Positions 10,288-22,582 are shown, counted from the first letter of the stretch. The stretch is DNA of 64,000 nt from Balanoglossus misakiensis (GCA_040954595.2 CM082582.2:9105483-9169482), one strand, 5' to 3'. The notes: a model not told the origin generated them from the letters alone. Program-made: numbers and translations.

Positions 10288-13200
10288 TCAACTGCTTCTG
10301 GGTGAGTTTTCTTTGGAACTTTTTGGTGAGTTTCCATGACAACTGATGGGTGAGTTTCCATGACTTGCAGTCGTGCTTCCAGTATGATGTACAGTTGACT
10401 TTGCTGCCAATGCTCCACTTTTTAGACTTTTATGTGGGGCTTCTGTGGTGGGATTTGGCTGTTTATTTCTGCTGCTCTTCTGTCCCTCAACATTTGCTGC
10501 TGGCTGACAGTCACTGTCAAAGCTGAACGGAGTCAACTGCACAAACGGCTGATATTTTGCTGACTCGATTATCCAATCGTTGTTGCTTATGCCGGCGGTG
10601 TTAGCAGTAGGATTTGGGGCGTGCTCTGCTGTGGCAACTCTACTGAATCGCAGCTGCATTTCACCGCCCTTCCCATCACGCTCTTGGAGTTTCTTTTCTT
10701 CTAAGAACCGTGAGGACTTCTGGAAGATACCCTGTTTGTGGCCGGGGTGATCCGGCAGATTTGCAGGGGTTATGATTCTCCTGACTTTCGGGGGCTCGGT
10801 GCAGAAACGCCCGTCCAGGACAACGCTACATCGTTGGATGCCATCGGTACGGAGACAAGTAGAAACGCCAGTATAATGGGGAGGCCCAGTCACAGACGTC
10901 TGGAGTACAGTACCAGTACAGGGGGTCCGGAATTGCAACTTGCTGCCGTCTGTTTTTCTCTTGTGACCGCCAACGGTCGCGCACTTCATTCGATACATTC
11001 GAGACTTCTCAACTTTTTGCACGGGTGTTACACTGCTTCTTAGAGGTATTTTACAGTTAACATCACCAACTCCGCTTTTCACATGCCCACCATCTCCTCC
11101 AGTACCACCAAAGTCAAAGACTGCCCTCGGTGGTGTCTTTGTTGAAACTGACCACTCGGACGACTGCCGCCGGAGTTTAATGGTGCCAAGTTCGCACCCA
11201 GCTTTGTCTGTTTTCATGACACTCTTCAGAGGTGCAGACTCCTTTGTGTCAGTTGCCACTGCTGGTGTATTTTTCAGAGAGATTTTCAGTGGTGGTACTT
11301 TTCTGTGTGACGTCGATCTGTCTTGCCCGGAACCATCTTGACGCGGCATTGAGCTGACAACATACTGGACGCTGCTCGAACTGCAACAGCTTTGCTGCTC
11401 TTGTCCGTGTGACCCCTCACCGGTTTCCGTGTTCGGTGTGTCCCTACTTCTTTTACTGCTCGTCTTTGTGGACGCAAACCTTTCCTCAAAACAGTGTAAA
11501 GGTCCCCATGCGTGGCAGTGGCCATCCTTCACAGTCGCATCAGAAGAATATGGTGTCGTCTCCAGCTGTGGTTTACCCACCTGGGCGCCACCGGCCTGGA
11601 CCTCGATGGTGGGGTGCACGCTGTCCATCCATTGCCCATCATCTTCGGCGCTGAGCGAACGCGACGAGCGGTCCACAATTTCGAATGTCCTGACCGCAGC
11701 CCCGGACAGATTAGTACCGCTCCCCTCACTGTCAGCCTCTTGCATCACCACACTGCCTGCATCAGTCGGATCATTCAAGTCAATGCTCATTCTCTTAACA
11801 TATGCATGAGAGCTGCTCAGCTCACTCTGAAAAGAGCAGCTGGTTTTGTCTATCTGGCCAGCGATAAAATCTCCCTCCTCTGTTTTGGGTTTCTTAGACA
11901 GGGGTTCGGTGACATCATCCGGCAGCGACAACAGCCACTGTTTGACTTCCTTGTATCCTTCTTTCTTCTTGATCCTCTTTTCTTTCTTCCGCCTTTTCCG
12001 GCGGTGCTTCTTACTCCTTGCCACCGGCACGCCCAATGGGGTCAGCTTAGCCACCTCGGGGGAAGAGCAGAATTTGCCGGGCAGGTGCTGGCTTGTCTGG
12101 TGGTAGTCTGATTCCTGCATCCTGGGGATTGTGGACAGCATCTGTCTGCTCTGTGACTTTGGACTGAGAATCTTTGGACTACTGGTCAAAGAGGTTTCAC
12201 TTTTGTCAACGGGTACATCCAGAGATTTGCTTCCGCTGTCCACTTCTGTCATTTTTTCGTCTTGGTGAATGAAAGATCCAGAATACAACGGGGTGTTGGT
12301 GCTGTGGGAAGGTGATGAATCTTCAGTTTCAGTTCTAATTTTAGCACCAACGGTTTTATTACCGTTATTCTTCTGTCCACCTGCTTCGCCAACAAGCAGA
12401 CAATTCTTGTAGCCACTTCCTGGAGTCTCTGCATGCGATGTGACACTGATCGCCGACGAGTAGCCACTCTTGCTGAAATTTTCATCAGTAACAGTTTCCT
12501 GGGTCCCATCTGCTTGGCTCGCACATCCCCCTGGTTTGGCCGAATTCTCTCCTATCTCGCTGATCTCCATCGCCATGGAAACAACATCACCGGGTTCTCC
12601 TTTGCGTTCTTCCTCCTTTGCTTCTTCACATGCTAAGACATCTGTGCTGCTGCCAACTTGTCCACTATTTTCCAAAGCCCAAGTTGCAGGGGTAGTCTCG
12701 TCTGATGTACAATCAACACACCCACTGATTGCATCTCTGCCAAACTTCTCTTCACCTCTGGTTTCTGGCTCGACATCTATTACTAGTGTCCCTGGACTGT
12801 CTTGACTTGTGTGTTCTGATGGCTGACTGGCCTCTCCGGCAGAAGCTGATGTACTTACACATGCTGTACGTATGGATGATGCTGATGCAGATACTTCTAG
12901 GGTTGGACTAGTTCCAAAGTTAGTTGTAGGAGTGATGCTTGTAGTTGATATGGGAAGAACTTGAGAATTAACCGTTGTACAGATTGGTGGTGTAAGAGTG
13001 TCCACCTGTTGTGTGTTTGCTTGGCTTGCGGTGAATTCTGACTCACTTTTAGATTTTGTTTTGCACCCACTGGTGTACTTTTCTGTAGCCCGAGCTGATG
13101 CGTTGAGGTCCATGCCAGTGTCAGATTTTCCTTCAAAACGCATGCTTTCAGTTAAGTTTTCCCGGGATGTACTTTTGCTCTTACGGGTACGTCGGTTCAA

Positions 13201-14348
13201 TGACTCTGCAATGTCGAACCTACTCAGGACAGCTTTGTGGGCATCTTGATCCAGCTTATGATCAGGTGAGCTCCTGGACCATATGATGTGGATGTTCTCC
13301 GCCGAAGACTGGTTTGTGCTCTGGGTGTACGTCACTGTGTGAGCGCAGCTGCTGGCAATGGATATCCTGGACACTGCCGGCGGAGGCCAGAGTTTGAACG
13401 GTGGTGGGATCACTCCTGCTGCCTGCTGATCTTGCTCGCGGGCGGGAATACTGAAGAAGCACACCTGTGGCTTGGGCGCAATCTTCACGGGGGCGCTCTG
13501 CGATCTGGCGCGCTTGCGTTTGCGAGTGGAGGCGGTTGGTGCTGCTGGTCTCGCCCTGGACGAGTCCGCGGCGGGCGGGAGGGAGACTTGCGGTCCCGGC
13601 ACCGGTTGCGGGGTGAACCTCTTCACGAGCGCGTCGATCTTCGAGCAACAACTCGGCACAAACGTGTGCACCTGCTGGGGATGCCAAACACTGGGACCTT
13701 CAGAAAGGACCTTGCCCACACTGGACATGCATCTGGATGACAGACTGATGACTTTCACAAGCTCTTGCAGATTCCCAAGTGGCTCTGTGTCCACAGGCAG
13801 TTCACTGGAGGGCAACACACCAGTACATCTTGAGTGACTTGTTTGTTGACTGAACAAGTCACCACTGTGACAATCTACAACTCTCACTTGATTGCTCTGA
13901 GTGGCTGTCACCATCGTCGTCCTGGTTCCCTCGCGACTCTCCTGCATTTGGCTTTCACTTTCAATGTCGACACAACCAGCATCCGATATTATTCCCACTG
14001 ACGGCATTCCTTCTATGTCGTCAGTCTTGTCCACCATCAACAAATCAGTCAATGCCGCATCCATGTCAACCATATCAAAATCAACAGGTGTCTTGACCCC
14101 ATCTTCAGTTGTTGATGGCATTGTTCTGTTCGAAGCAGCAGCTTCAACGTTGCTACCAATTTCATCGAGGCATCTAAGTGGATGGATCTGATTTGCACCA
14201 GAAGAGACAAAGTCTGACAAGTCATCACCAAGTTCTGATGACTGAGTTTGTTCAATTGCATACCGGTACTTATCTTCGAGGGGTAATAAGCTTTCTTTGT
14301 TCACATTCTTGTCTTCCTTGCTTTTTTCATGATCAGCAACCTCTTTGT
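10288..14348 (-). CDS. Same gene, 4,061 bp terminal coding exon (Ser/Thr-rich disordered region with basic NLS-like tract)
   Basis: Part of the 1413 aa ORF. The ttttcag|AC acceptor is phase 1 and joins the 14500 donor in frame (G|AC = Asp, 151 bp intron). Contains KKHRRKRRKKEKRIKKK and ends at TGA. Confidence 0.85.
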
Positions 14349-14499
14349 CTGAAAATGGAAGGTTCCAAAAATAATTGTTAGCATCACAGAATCCATTAAC
14401 TATAATCTGTTTTCCTTTTCTGATAAAAATGTTTGAAAATCCCACATTGTAATATGCATATTGCTTGATAAATACAATTGTATACTCCTTATGACTTAC

Positions 14500-17400
14500 C
14501 ATTTTTGCCACATGATGGAAGATCTTCAATCACAGAATTACGCTGTAATCTTCCTGTGTAATCCTCAGCTGCAGGACAATGTTCACTTCCCAGGGCTGCT
14601 CCATAATTGCGTCCATCCTCATCCTCAAAATCATCGTCAATGATTAGCTTTCCGGGTATCTCCACATCGTCATCGTAACTGTAAATTTCACTAACGGGGA
14701 CACCGCCAAAGGTAGAGATCTCTTCCATGTCTTCATCACAAGACTGGATGTCGACCAGGGGCTTGTCATTTCTTCCATTCACTTCAGGAGTTATCCGACC
14801 ATCTCCTTCCTCCATTCTTTGCCCTGCCGGAATTTCACTTTCATCGACTGGCGTGATTTCCCCATAGGACTCCAAATTACCATCTCGATGCGACATGATG
14901 ACATCACAATCACCCCTCAGTATCTCATCATCTCCTTGATCCACTTCTTTCGCATTCACAACCTCACTTTTCTCTCTGTGGACTGGAAGCATATCCAAAT
15001 CACTGTCCCCATGCAAGTCGGTGACATCATAACTGCCTATTGCCTGATTAAACAACTCATCTGTTTCACGGTCCATTCTGTTTATATCATCACTTCCATA
15101 TTCGTACACCGGCATCATTTCTTCACAGGAATACAAATCACCGTCTCTGGGCAACATGCTGGCATCATATTGGTCTTTTACATCACACGTCTCTTCCACT
15201 AATATTTTGCTATCTGGAGGTTTACGCTTTTCATCGTGTTCTGATGTCAGCTGAGATGCAGCACTGAGACCTGTGGTTGATAAAGTGGGCATGGGCCTGG
15301 TCACACCTGATGATTCTGCAATCCTGGCGACCTTGCAGTCCGTTGCGTTGTTGCCATCGTCACCTCCCACTTCATTCTCACACACAGCACTGTCAGTCGC
15401 CACCACTGGGACAGTTTTCTCACTCCCGTATTCTGACTTGACAAAATTTCCTCCACTTGTTTGACGGCATCGATGAGTTGAGAAGTGTGACTGTGTGCTG
15501 GACTCGCCTACTGGGAAGAGGGTGATATCTGAATCACTCTGCTCATAAATGCAATTTTCACCAGCAAATTGACTGTCTCTGTTGGGTGGGTCAATTATGG
15601 ACTGCAGCTGGTGATGGATTGAATTCTGGCCGTCTGTTCCCATATCAACGTATGTGGAGTTTTGATGAATGCGTCCTGTTTCAGACTGACTGCTCACTGG
15701 TGGGATATATGTTGCATGCTGTTCAATGGCCCTGAGTGAACCTTGACTTCCACAGGTTTCAGTTGTACCCACACAGGTTCCATCCTGTCTCTTCGCCACG
15801 CCGCTGTCATCCTTCACATTGGACTCAGAATGATCCATTGACAGATCTAGTATTAGTGCTTGATAAGGCGATGCCTGCGGCTGTGTTTTGGACATGCTCA
15901 GATCAAGAGGTTCCAAGTGCATTGATTTGATTACGTTGGCGTGACTCTCGTAGATATCACGGAAAAAGTGATGGCTGGTTACTGGGTAGTTGTGTCTGTT
16001 TCCGATGTGTGCTTGGAAGGTGTTTTCAATGTGGTATGGATCAAAGCGCCCAACCACCATGGACGCCAGTTGGGGCACGGTTTTCTTCGCAGTTGCGAGG
16101 TCAAGAGGTCGAGGAATGTTGTTATTTTCATCCCAATTGACTTGACCAGGGACATATGTTGGATATATTGCTGGTCTGCTCACACAGGGTACCATTTTCG
16201 CCGACTGACCAATGGATGGACTGGTGTGCATATCATCAACTTGTGATTTTATTTCTGAAGTTCTCGACAGAAGATCACGCAAGATATCTTTTTGTGAGCC
16301 TTGCTTAGATACGTCAGCTTGCCCGGTCATGTTCATGGGCGTTAGTCCACGGCAATCCTGTTTCACTGGCGCATGATCAGGCAACTTAGGTTTACCACGG
16401 GCTGAAACCGGCACTTTTAGTGACGGCGCTCGCTTAGTCTTCTTGCCGGGAGTCTTTTTCCGGCCGACTCTCGCTTCTCCGGTCGACTTCGCCTCCTCTT
16501 CCAGAGAACTCTCGCCTTCGTTGCCGGTTGCATCCGTGTCCTTTGTCTTCCGGAAAACGGTGGAGAACGCCAAGCTCTTGTGTTTGGACTTCAAGTGCGA
16601 CCTGATGGAGGCCACCTGGGTGCCAGTATAGTTGCAGTACTTGCAGCTGTATGGTCGGTCAGCGGTGTGCGTGCGAATATGAATTTTGAGATGAAACGGC
16701 TGGTGGAAATTCTTTTCGCAAAACGGGCAATGATACATGCCAGTGTCTTTCTTCCTTGTTAGCTTCAGATCCGACTCAAACTTGCTTCTTTCAAATGTGT
16801 AGTGCATGTCCAACCTCATGCACAACTGGTCATTTTTGGGTTCTTTCTTCACAGGAACAGCTAACTTCTTCGCCCTCCTCTTTTTCGGCATGGTGTTAGC
16901 TTTTTTGTCTTTCTTTGGTGAAGGGGGTTTCATTTTTTCTACTTCATTGACAGCAGTGCTGGTCTTAACATATTTGACTTCTTTTCTCAGGAGCAAGCCA
17001 CTTTCTTCTGCCAGATTAGTCTGCTGGGACAGGGTTGTATACGGATCAAGTCCAGCTCTGTTGATAGACACTATGCTGTACTCGGCAGTCGAAGCAAAAC
17101 TTGATTTTCTGAGATGATTTTTCTCAGACTTTTCACCCAGTCCAAGTTGGCTCACGTATGTGTTTTTTGATTTGTCTGTTCCGATTGGCTGCACACCAGG
17201 AGTTGAGTTTTGCGAAGCGGGTACAGTCCCTTGATATCTCCTTGCACCAACATCTGTGGTGAATTCACTAGCACCTGCTTGACTCGTACCAAATCCGTCG
17301 CCATTATCAGAGACTTCTAACGCATTCTCCAAGTTCTTCAGCTTCAACTGGGAGTGCATGAGCAAATCCATGCTGTATCCCCTGCCGATAGTGTCTGGCA

Positions 17401-19471
17401 TGAACAGAGTCCCAGAAGCATGGCTGTACATGACCAGGTCCATCCACATCAGACCGATGTCATTCCTGTGGCTCTGCATGTGTCTCCTCTGCTGCCATGA
17501 CTCGGAGAAACTCCGGGGACACAGCTTGCACAACTTCACTTTGCCCTTGGGTGCTTCGTCCCCGGGGAGTGACTGTGCCTCCCCATCCTGCTCAACTTTA
17601 CTGTGGCTCTGCATGTGTCTCTTCAGGTTCCACCACTCGGCGAACGTGCGATCGCAAACTTTGCACATGTGTGGCTTCAGGATCATCAATCCCTCGGACG
17701 GCACACTCTCCTTTTTCTTCTTTCCGTGTCTGCCTTCCAGCGATTCAAGAAGCGAGGTGCACTTCCTTTTTCTTGTGCGGGTGGACTTTCCTGGGAGCGG
17801 ATCACCCGACCGGTTTTCTGGTTTCGATTCTGCGGTCACTGCACAGGCAGGCTTCGCTTGCACAGCACTGGTGGCCGGTTTGATGTTTTTCGCTTTCCCC
17901 AAGTGGCTAGTCATGTGCCGTCTCAGGTGCCACACTTCAGCAAATTTCCTCTCGCATAACGAACACTTATGTTTCGCTTTGTCCTGAGCAGGGGCTGCAG
18001 CTTCTTTTCTTGCTTCAGTGCCTTTGTTGGATGCTGCGGACACCGCGCTTGTTGGCTTCTCAGTGGGCTTGCTGTGTGCTGTGGTTGAGTGTACAGCTTG
18101 GCTGGCTGGATTCTCAGAGACCTGCTGAACTGTGGGACCCCTCTTGTGGTAGTTAGCCAGGTGCTTCTGTCTTTCCTCTTCTGTCATGAATATGATTCGA
18201 CAAATTGGACAGGGGAAAAGGTTGTCGATGGACAGTGGTTTTTTGGTATCCTTGTTCGTAATACTTGGAATTGCACATTTCATAACAGGCAAACTCTTCT
18301 TTGGTGCTGGTGCTGACTGGGAGACAACAGGGACGGGGTGGTATGCCAAGATGTGCGTCTCGAGAAAGTGAGGATTTGAGAAAGTTTTACTGCACAGCTG
18401 ACAGGAAAAATTGCTTTCCCTCTGATTCATCAATACTGGCAGTGCTGTGCTACTTGCTGTTGGTCTGCTTGTAGGACACTTTTGCTGTACCGGTACATGA
18501 GCAGAGCCTGTCTGGGCCACTGACACCGAAACCGGCACAATCATTTTGGTCTTATGCGTCTTTAAGTGACTCTTCAGATACCACTTTTCGCTGAAACCCC
18601 GGCCGCAGACGTCGCACTTGTATGGTTTCACCCAGATGTGCTTGCGGACGTGCATCTTGAGGTGCCAGTGGTTGTTGTACACTTTCTTGCACTTGGTGCA
18701 CTCAAAGGCGATGTAGGTCTTCTTGTGGAAGGCTTCAGCGATGTGCGCCGTCATCTGGGCGGACTCGTAGCAAGTGAAGGTGCACAGGGCGCAACAGTGG
18801 ATGACTCTCCCGAAGCAGACGTGGTCGGCCGGTTTGCCCGCTTCAGGCAGTGGGCCTCCACAGGTGCTACACATGGACTGCACAGGGGTGTGCAGGCTCG
18901 TCCTGTCGTCAAACACCCCCATGTCGGGCTCGGTCTTTACTGGCGTGCTGTAGGGCACGCAGTGGGCACTGGTCTCGCTGGCTGGGGTCACCCGCTGTTG
19001 CTTGGGTTGGTGCATTTCTGCGGACTGCATAAACACTGCTTGAGAAGAGTCCGGGCGTCTCAGCGGAACCGGCTCCGACTTGCTGAAAGACTTGTTGTGG
19101 TACCGCCACATATGGCTCTGCATGTTCTCCTCTTCAAAACACATGTAGGTGCAGTACGAACAACGAAGCGCTTGATCGCCAGTAGCGTGTACGCGCCCAA
19201 AGTGATCATCCATCTGGTGCCGATGCTTGAAACTTTCCTCGCAGATGGCACAACTCTGCTGGTCTATTCCCTCGGTGATGAAACGCATGCCGGAAAGTGG
19301 GTCTGTGTTTCCACCTGCTAGATGTTTCTGGTTGGCTCCAAGTGAATGGCTGATCTTTTGCTGATGGTGTTGACTGCGAGAAGCACCCTGACAACCGTAC
19401 GGCATGTTGGGGACAGGATTGTCACCCTGCCCAAGTCTCTTGGCTAAACGGGTAGGAGGAACAGTGGGCAC
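14500..19471 (-). CDS. Large C2H2 zinc-finger gene, 4,972 bp exon with about 12 C2H2 fingers and PxDLS motifs
   Basis: Part of the 1680 aa ORF. Acceptor tttctcgtttctttactctatcag, donor G|GTAAGT at 14499 (phase 1). Fingers include CDVCGRGFSEKWYLKSHLKTH and CPFCEKNFHQPFHLKIHIRTHTADRPYSCKYC. Confidence 0.9.
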
Positions 19472-19619
19472 CTGATAGAGTAAAGAAACGAGAAATTGTC
19501 TTACTGTACAGTTCTGGTGCTGTTCCTGCAAATTCGCTAAACTTCCAGATGTTTTCTCTCTTGATCTAGCTCTCTCTCATACCCCAGCACAGCAAATCAT
19601 GTTATAAATCGTACTTTAC

Positions 19620-19844
19620 CTGGTAGAATATTGGATGGTAGAATGGTCTATTGACTTTTGAAATGGTCACCTGGTGCGACATCCCTGATGATTCTTGATA
19701 CTCGTCTTGCCCTCCACCACTGTAGCCAACTTCACTGTGGGAACGCATTGGTAATAGTGGATGCCTGCCTTGAACTACGGAGTAAGCAGGAACTTGGTTC
19801 TGCAAAATTCTGTGGGGGCGCACTACCGGGTTCGCTTTCTCCAT
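19620..19844 (-). CDS. Large C2H2 zinc-finger gene, probable first coding exon (MEKANPVVRPHR...PIFYQ, 75 aa)
   Basis: On the - strand, cttcctatccag is immediately followed by ATG. The CAG|GTAAAG donor is phase 0, matching the phase-0 acceptor at 19471 (148 bp intron). Confidence 0.55.
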
Positions 19845-20307
19845 CTGGATAGGAAGATATGCCTTTGGGTGAGTGAGCAGTGTGTAATAAGATTTCAGAA
19901 TGAAAGAGAGCGACGGGAAGATTGCACACTGAATCACAATCCATGAAACTCAATCAATGCCAAAATACAATGTATTTTCAAACTTAAGTTATCTCATATG
20001 AATGTACTGATCAAGACATATTCATCTTTTAATACAGTTGTATGAAACTAGCATTAGTAAATTTTGTAGGTACAAATAAAAATATTATGATGTACAAAAA
20101 GTATTTTTTTAACTTGCCTTCTATATAAATGACAATAATCAATAATATGATTGGCAGGATATCTTGTTTTCGGACATCAGAATCTTCAATCTTTTATGTC
20201 ACTTGTTCAAAAAGAAAAGTTCAAACGTTAGATAAAGTCTTAGTTACACTTGCGGTGTTTTATTCCATAGTTACTTGTGAACCATATAATTTTTGCCCCC
20301 CCCCCCC

Positions 20308-20392
20308 AAATAATAATAAATAAACAAACAAACAAACAAACAAACATAATACACAGTGACACACACACATACATACATACAAATAAACAAAC
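20308..20392. repeat. Compound microsatellite (TAA)n(AAAC)n(AC)n(ATAC)n
   Basis: Directly visible simple repeats. Confidence 0.85.
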
Positions 20393-20879
20393 ATATTTTC
20401 ATTTGACCAGGTGAAATAAACAAGACATACAAGTTATGCACCAAGGGGGGGGTTAATTTATTTTATCATGCAGACAAAATGTCACTGACTCAGTGACTGC
20501 CTTTGTTATTTTGCCATCTCGAATCCTTTCATGTGCTTTGAAATTTTGACAAGGTCACGTCGTCACACGCCCCAGTCTGTCACGTGTACCCCAAAAATGT
20601 GCATGGTAAAAAAACGAAAGAAATCAAAATTAGCATAACAAAGGTCGCCAACCATTCTCGCTCGCGTTGCGAAGAGACGGCTGGTTAATTTACATACTCA
20701 GAGTAACAAAATATAACAGACCACACAGGTGTCTGCGTACAATAGAGAAAATCCATTGTCAACATTCCAGCGGTCGCGCAGAAATATTCAGAATAGATAA
20801 TGACCGCAATACCAGAGACTGTCTCACAGACAAAACAAAAATAACAGTAATATTTAAGAAAGCTTGAAATTATATGTAC

Positions 20880-20980
20880 TTTCAGTCAGGAATCCGGAAT
20901 TTACCTATGTTTTAGCGCGCTCCGTGTGTCGAATAACTATAATACGCACGTGACGTAAAGATATTGTACGCGCATACCCC
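20880..20980 (-). promoter_or_regulatory. Probable promoter and non-coding first exon of the - strand zinc-finger gene
   Basis: CpG-rich patch with an overlapping E-box/CRE-like CACGTGACGTAA (20947-20958) and a - strand donor AG|GTAAAT at 20904. Confidence 0.4.
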
Positions 20981-22429
20981 AAATAGTATAAAATAACGAA
21001 ATATAATTGTACGGTTTTTTTTTCACGGTCTTTGCTTTCGCTTTCATTTCAGACCAAATGGCAAAATGTACAATTTACACTTATCAATCTTATTGTGAGT
21101 TTTTTTTCCCGCGTGACCTACCCGCTATGGCATGGTGCAGACGCACACTATTTACATGTGGGGTTTGGTGACCATTATAATTATTAACGGGATGACCTGT
21201 AATTACTTCTAAAACTACACAGTTTACATATAATGATACAAAACTTAAATAACATGTGAACATCTTACCACTTAACATAGTCAAACACGTATTCCAAAAA
21301 AGCTGTAATATTTACAGTCCATGACAACGTCGTCTGGTGTATAATTGGTAGATGTGGTGCACGTGAATTTTTTAAGTCAGTTAAAACTTGACCCCATCTA
21401 TTAAAAGTAAACCCAATTTGACAGAGGAAAAATATATCATCTATTACAACTTACGTGTGGCCGGGAATACTGGTCACATCATATTCTGTCCGTCTTGAAT
21501 TTCGTCTTGCCTTGTCAACAATCTTTAAAACAGTAAGGTACCCTCTCGAACGCTGCTGTGCTGTCTCAATCCTCTTGCCCTGGATATGGTTAAGTCATAA
21601 CCGTGTCACGTGATTCGACGGTCTCGCCACGGGGACTTCCGCATTACTTTTGTACGGGAAAACTGTCGTTGGAGGCAGTCGGCCTACATAAACCACGTTC
21701 AGGTACTGGTGGGACCGAGGTAAAGGTGCATTGCTCTGAAAAAAAAAGAGAGCAGAATCTCTAACGAGGAATATTTTTTTCAGCCAGGAAGCACCTTGCC
21801 CAAACACTCCTCCCCTCACAGGCAGTACTGTACTGTAGTTTTAAGAAAAGATTTATATGGTTTTTATTAGTGTAATGAAATGAGTTGAACCCCCAAAATA
21901 TGCTTAAAAGTTATGGTAGGTTTTACCAAGTAATCATGCCACTACCGTAGTCGAAACACTGATTACACATGAACTTAAAAACCAGAATTCGAAGACCCTG
22001 CGCGATAACCAAATGATCCATCCCTAGCCCAGTGAACTCTCAGTTGTTGACCGTCTCAATTGGGAACACACTTGGACATTGACACGTAAAGCTATAAGGC
22101 ATCTATTGCTGGAATTTATTTACTTTTCCCCGTTTGGGTATGTTAAATTTTCATGTTCTTGCTGAATGTGACCGGATTTTCCTCAAAGATATGATCATCT
22201 GGAAATATTTCCTCCCTAAAATCTTCCAGGGCCCCATGTCCGAGCTAACGTTTGTGACTATAACTGATAAAGCATTTATCTGAAAGCATAAACATATATG
22301 GAAATACAAATGAATTGAATAGCACCATTATTTATTCGTGAATATTACAAACTTGCAAAACTATTGGTAGTTATGCGGTGCGGTATGAGGAAATTGGTTA
22401 AAAAAACAAAAGAACAACGCCGCTTTTCA

Positions 22430-22530
22430 TCCGGGTTCTTTTAGTCTTTCTGTAGTAGCGTGTGACGTCATCGACGGCGTCCTGATCACCGCCATTTTCC
22501 TTTTCCTCTAGAGAAAAAAAATCAACAAAA
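22430..22530 (+). promoter_or_regulatory. ZNF236 proximal promoter / 5' UTR
   Basis: CpG-rich stretch with a full CRE TGACGTCA (22463-22470) and a YY1 site CCGCCATTTT (22489-22498) within 70 bp of the ATG. Confidence 0.65.
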
Positions 22531-22582
22531 ATGCCGCGCGGCAGGCCTCCAAAACCAAGGCTGCGGGCTGCTATCCTCACAG
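22531..22582 (+). CDS. ZNF236: ZNF236 orthologue, coding exon 1 (MPRGRPPKPRLRAAILT, AT-hook-like PRGRP)
   Basis: ATG in aaaaATG context, followed by AG|GTGAGT donor at phase 1, which matches the phase-1 acceptor at 45114. MPRGRPPK matches the start of the long vertebrate ZNF236 isoform as I recall it. CRE and YY1 motifs lie just upstream. Confidence 0.85.

Noticed and set aside
14489-14529. Overlap of the 1680 aa and 1413 aa ORFs as a programmed frameshift or operon
   Set aside because: A canonical, phase-matched GT-AG intron (14349-14499) explains it.
10738-19394. Numerous + strand and off-frame ORFs over the - strand gene
   Set aside because: Antisense shadows of the real coding exons.
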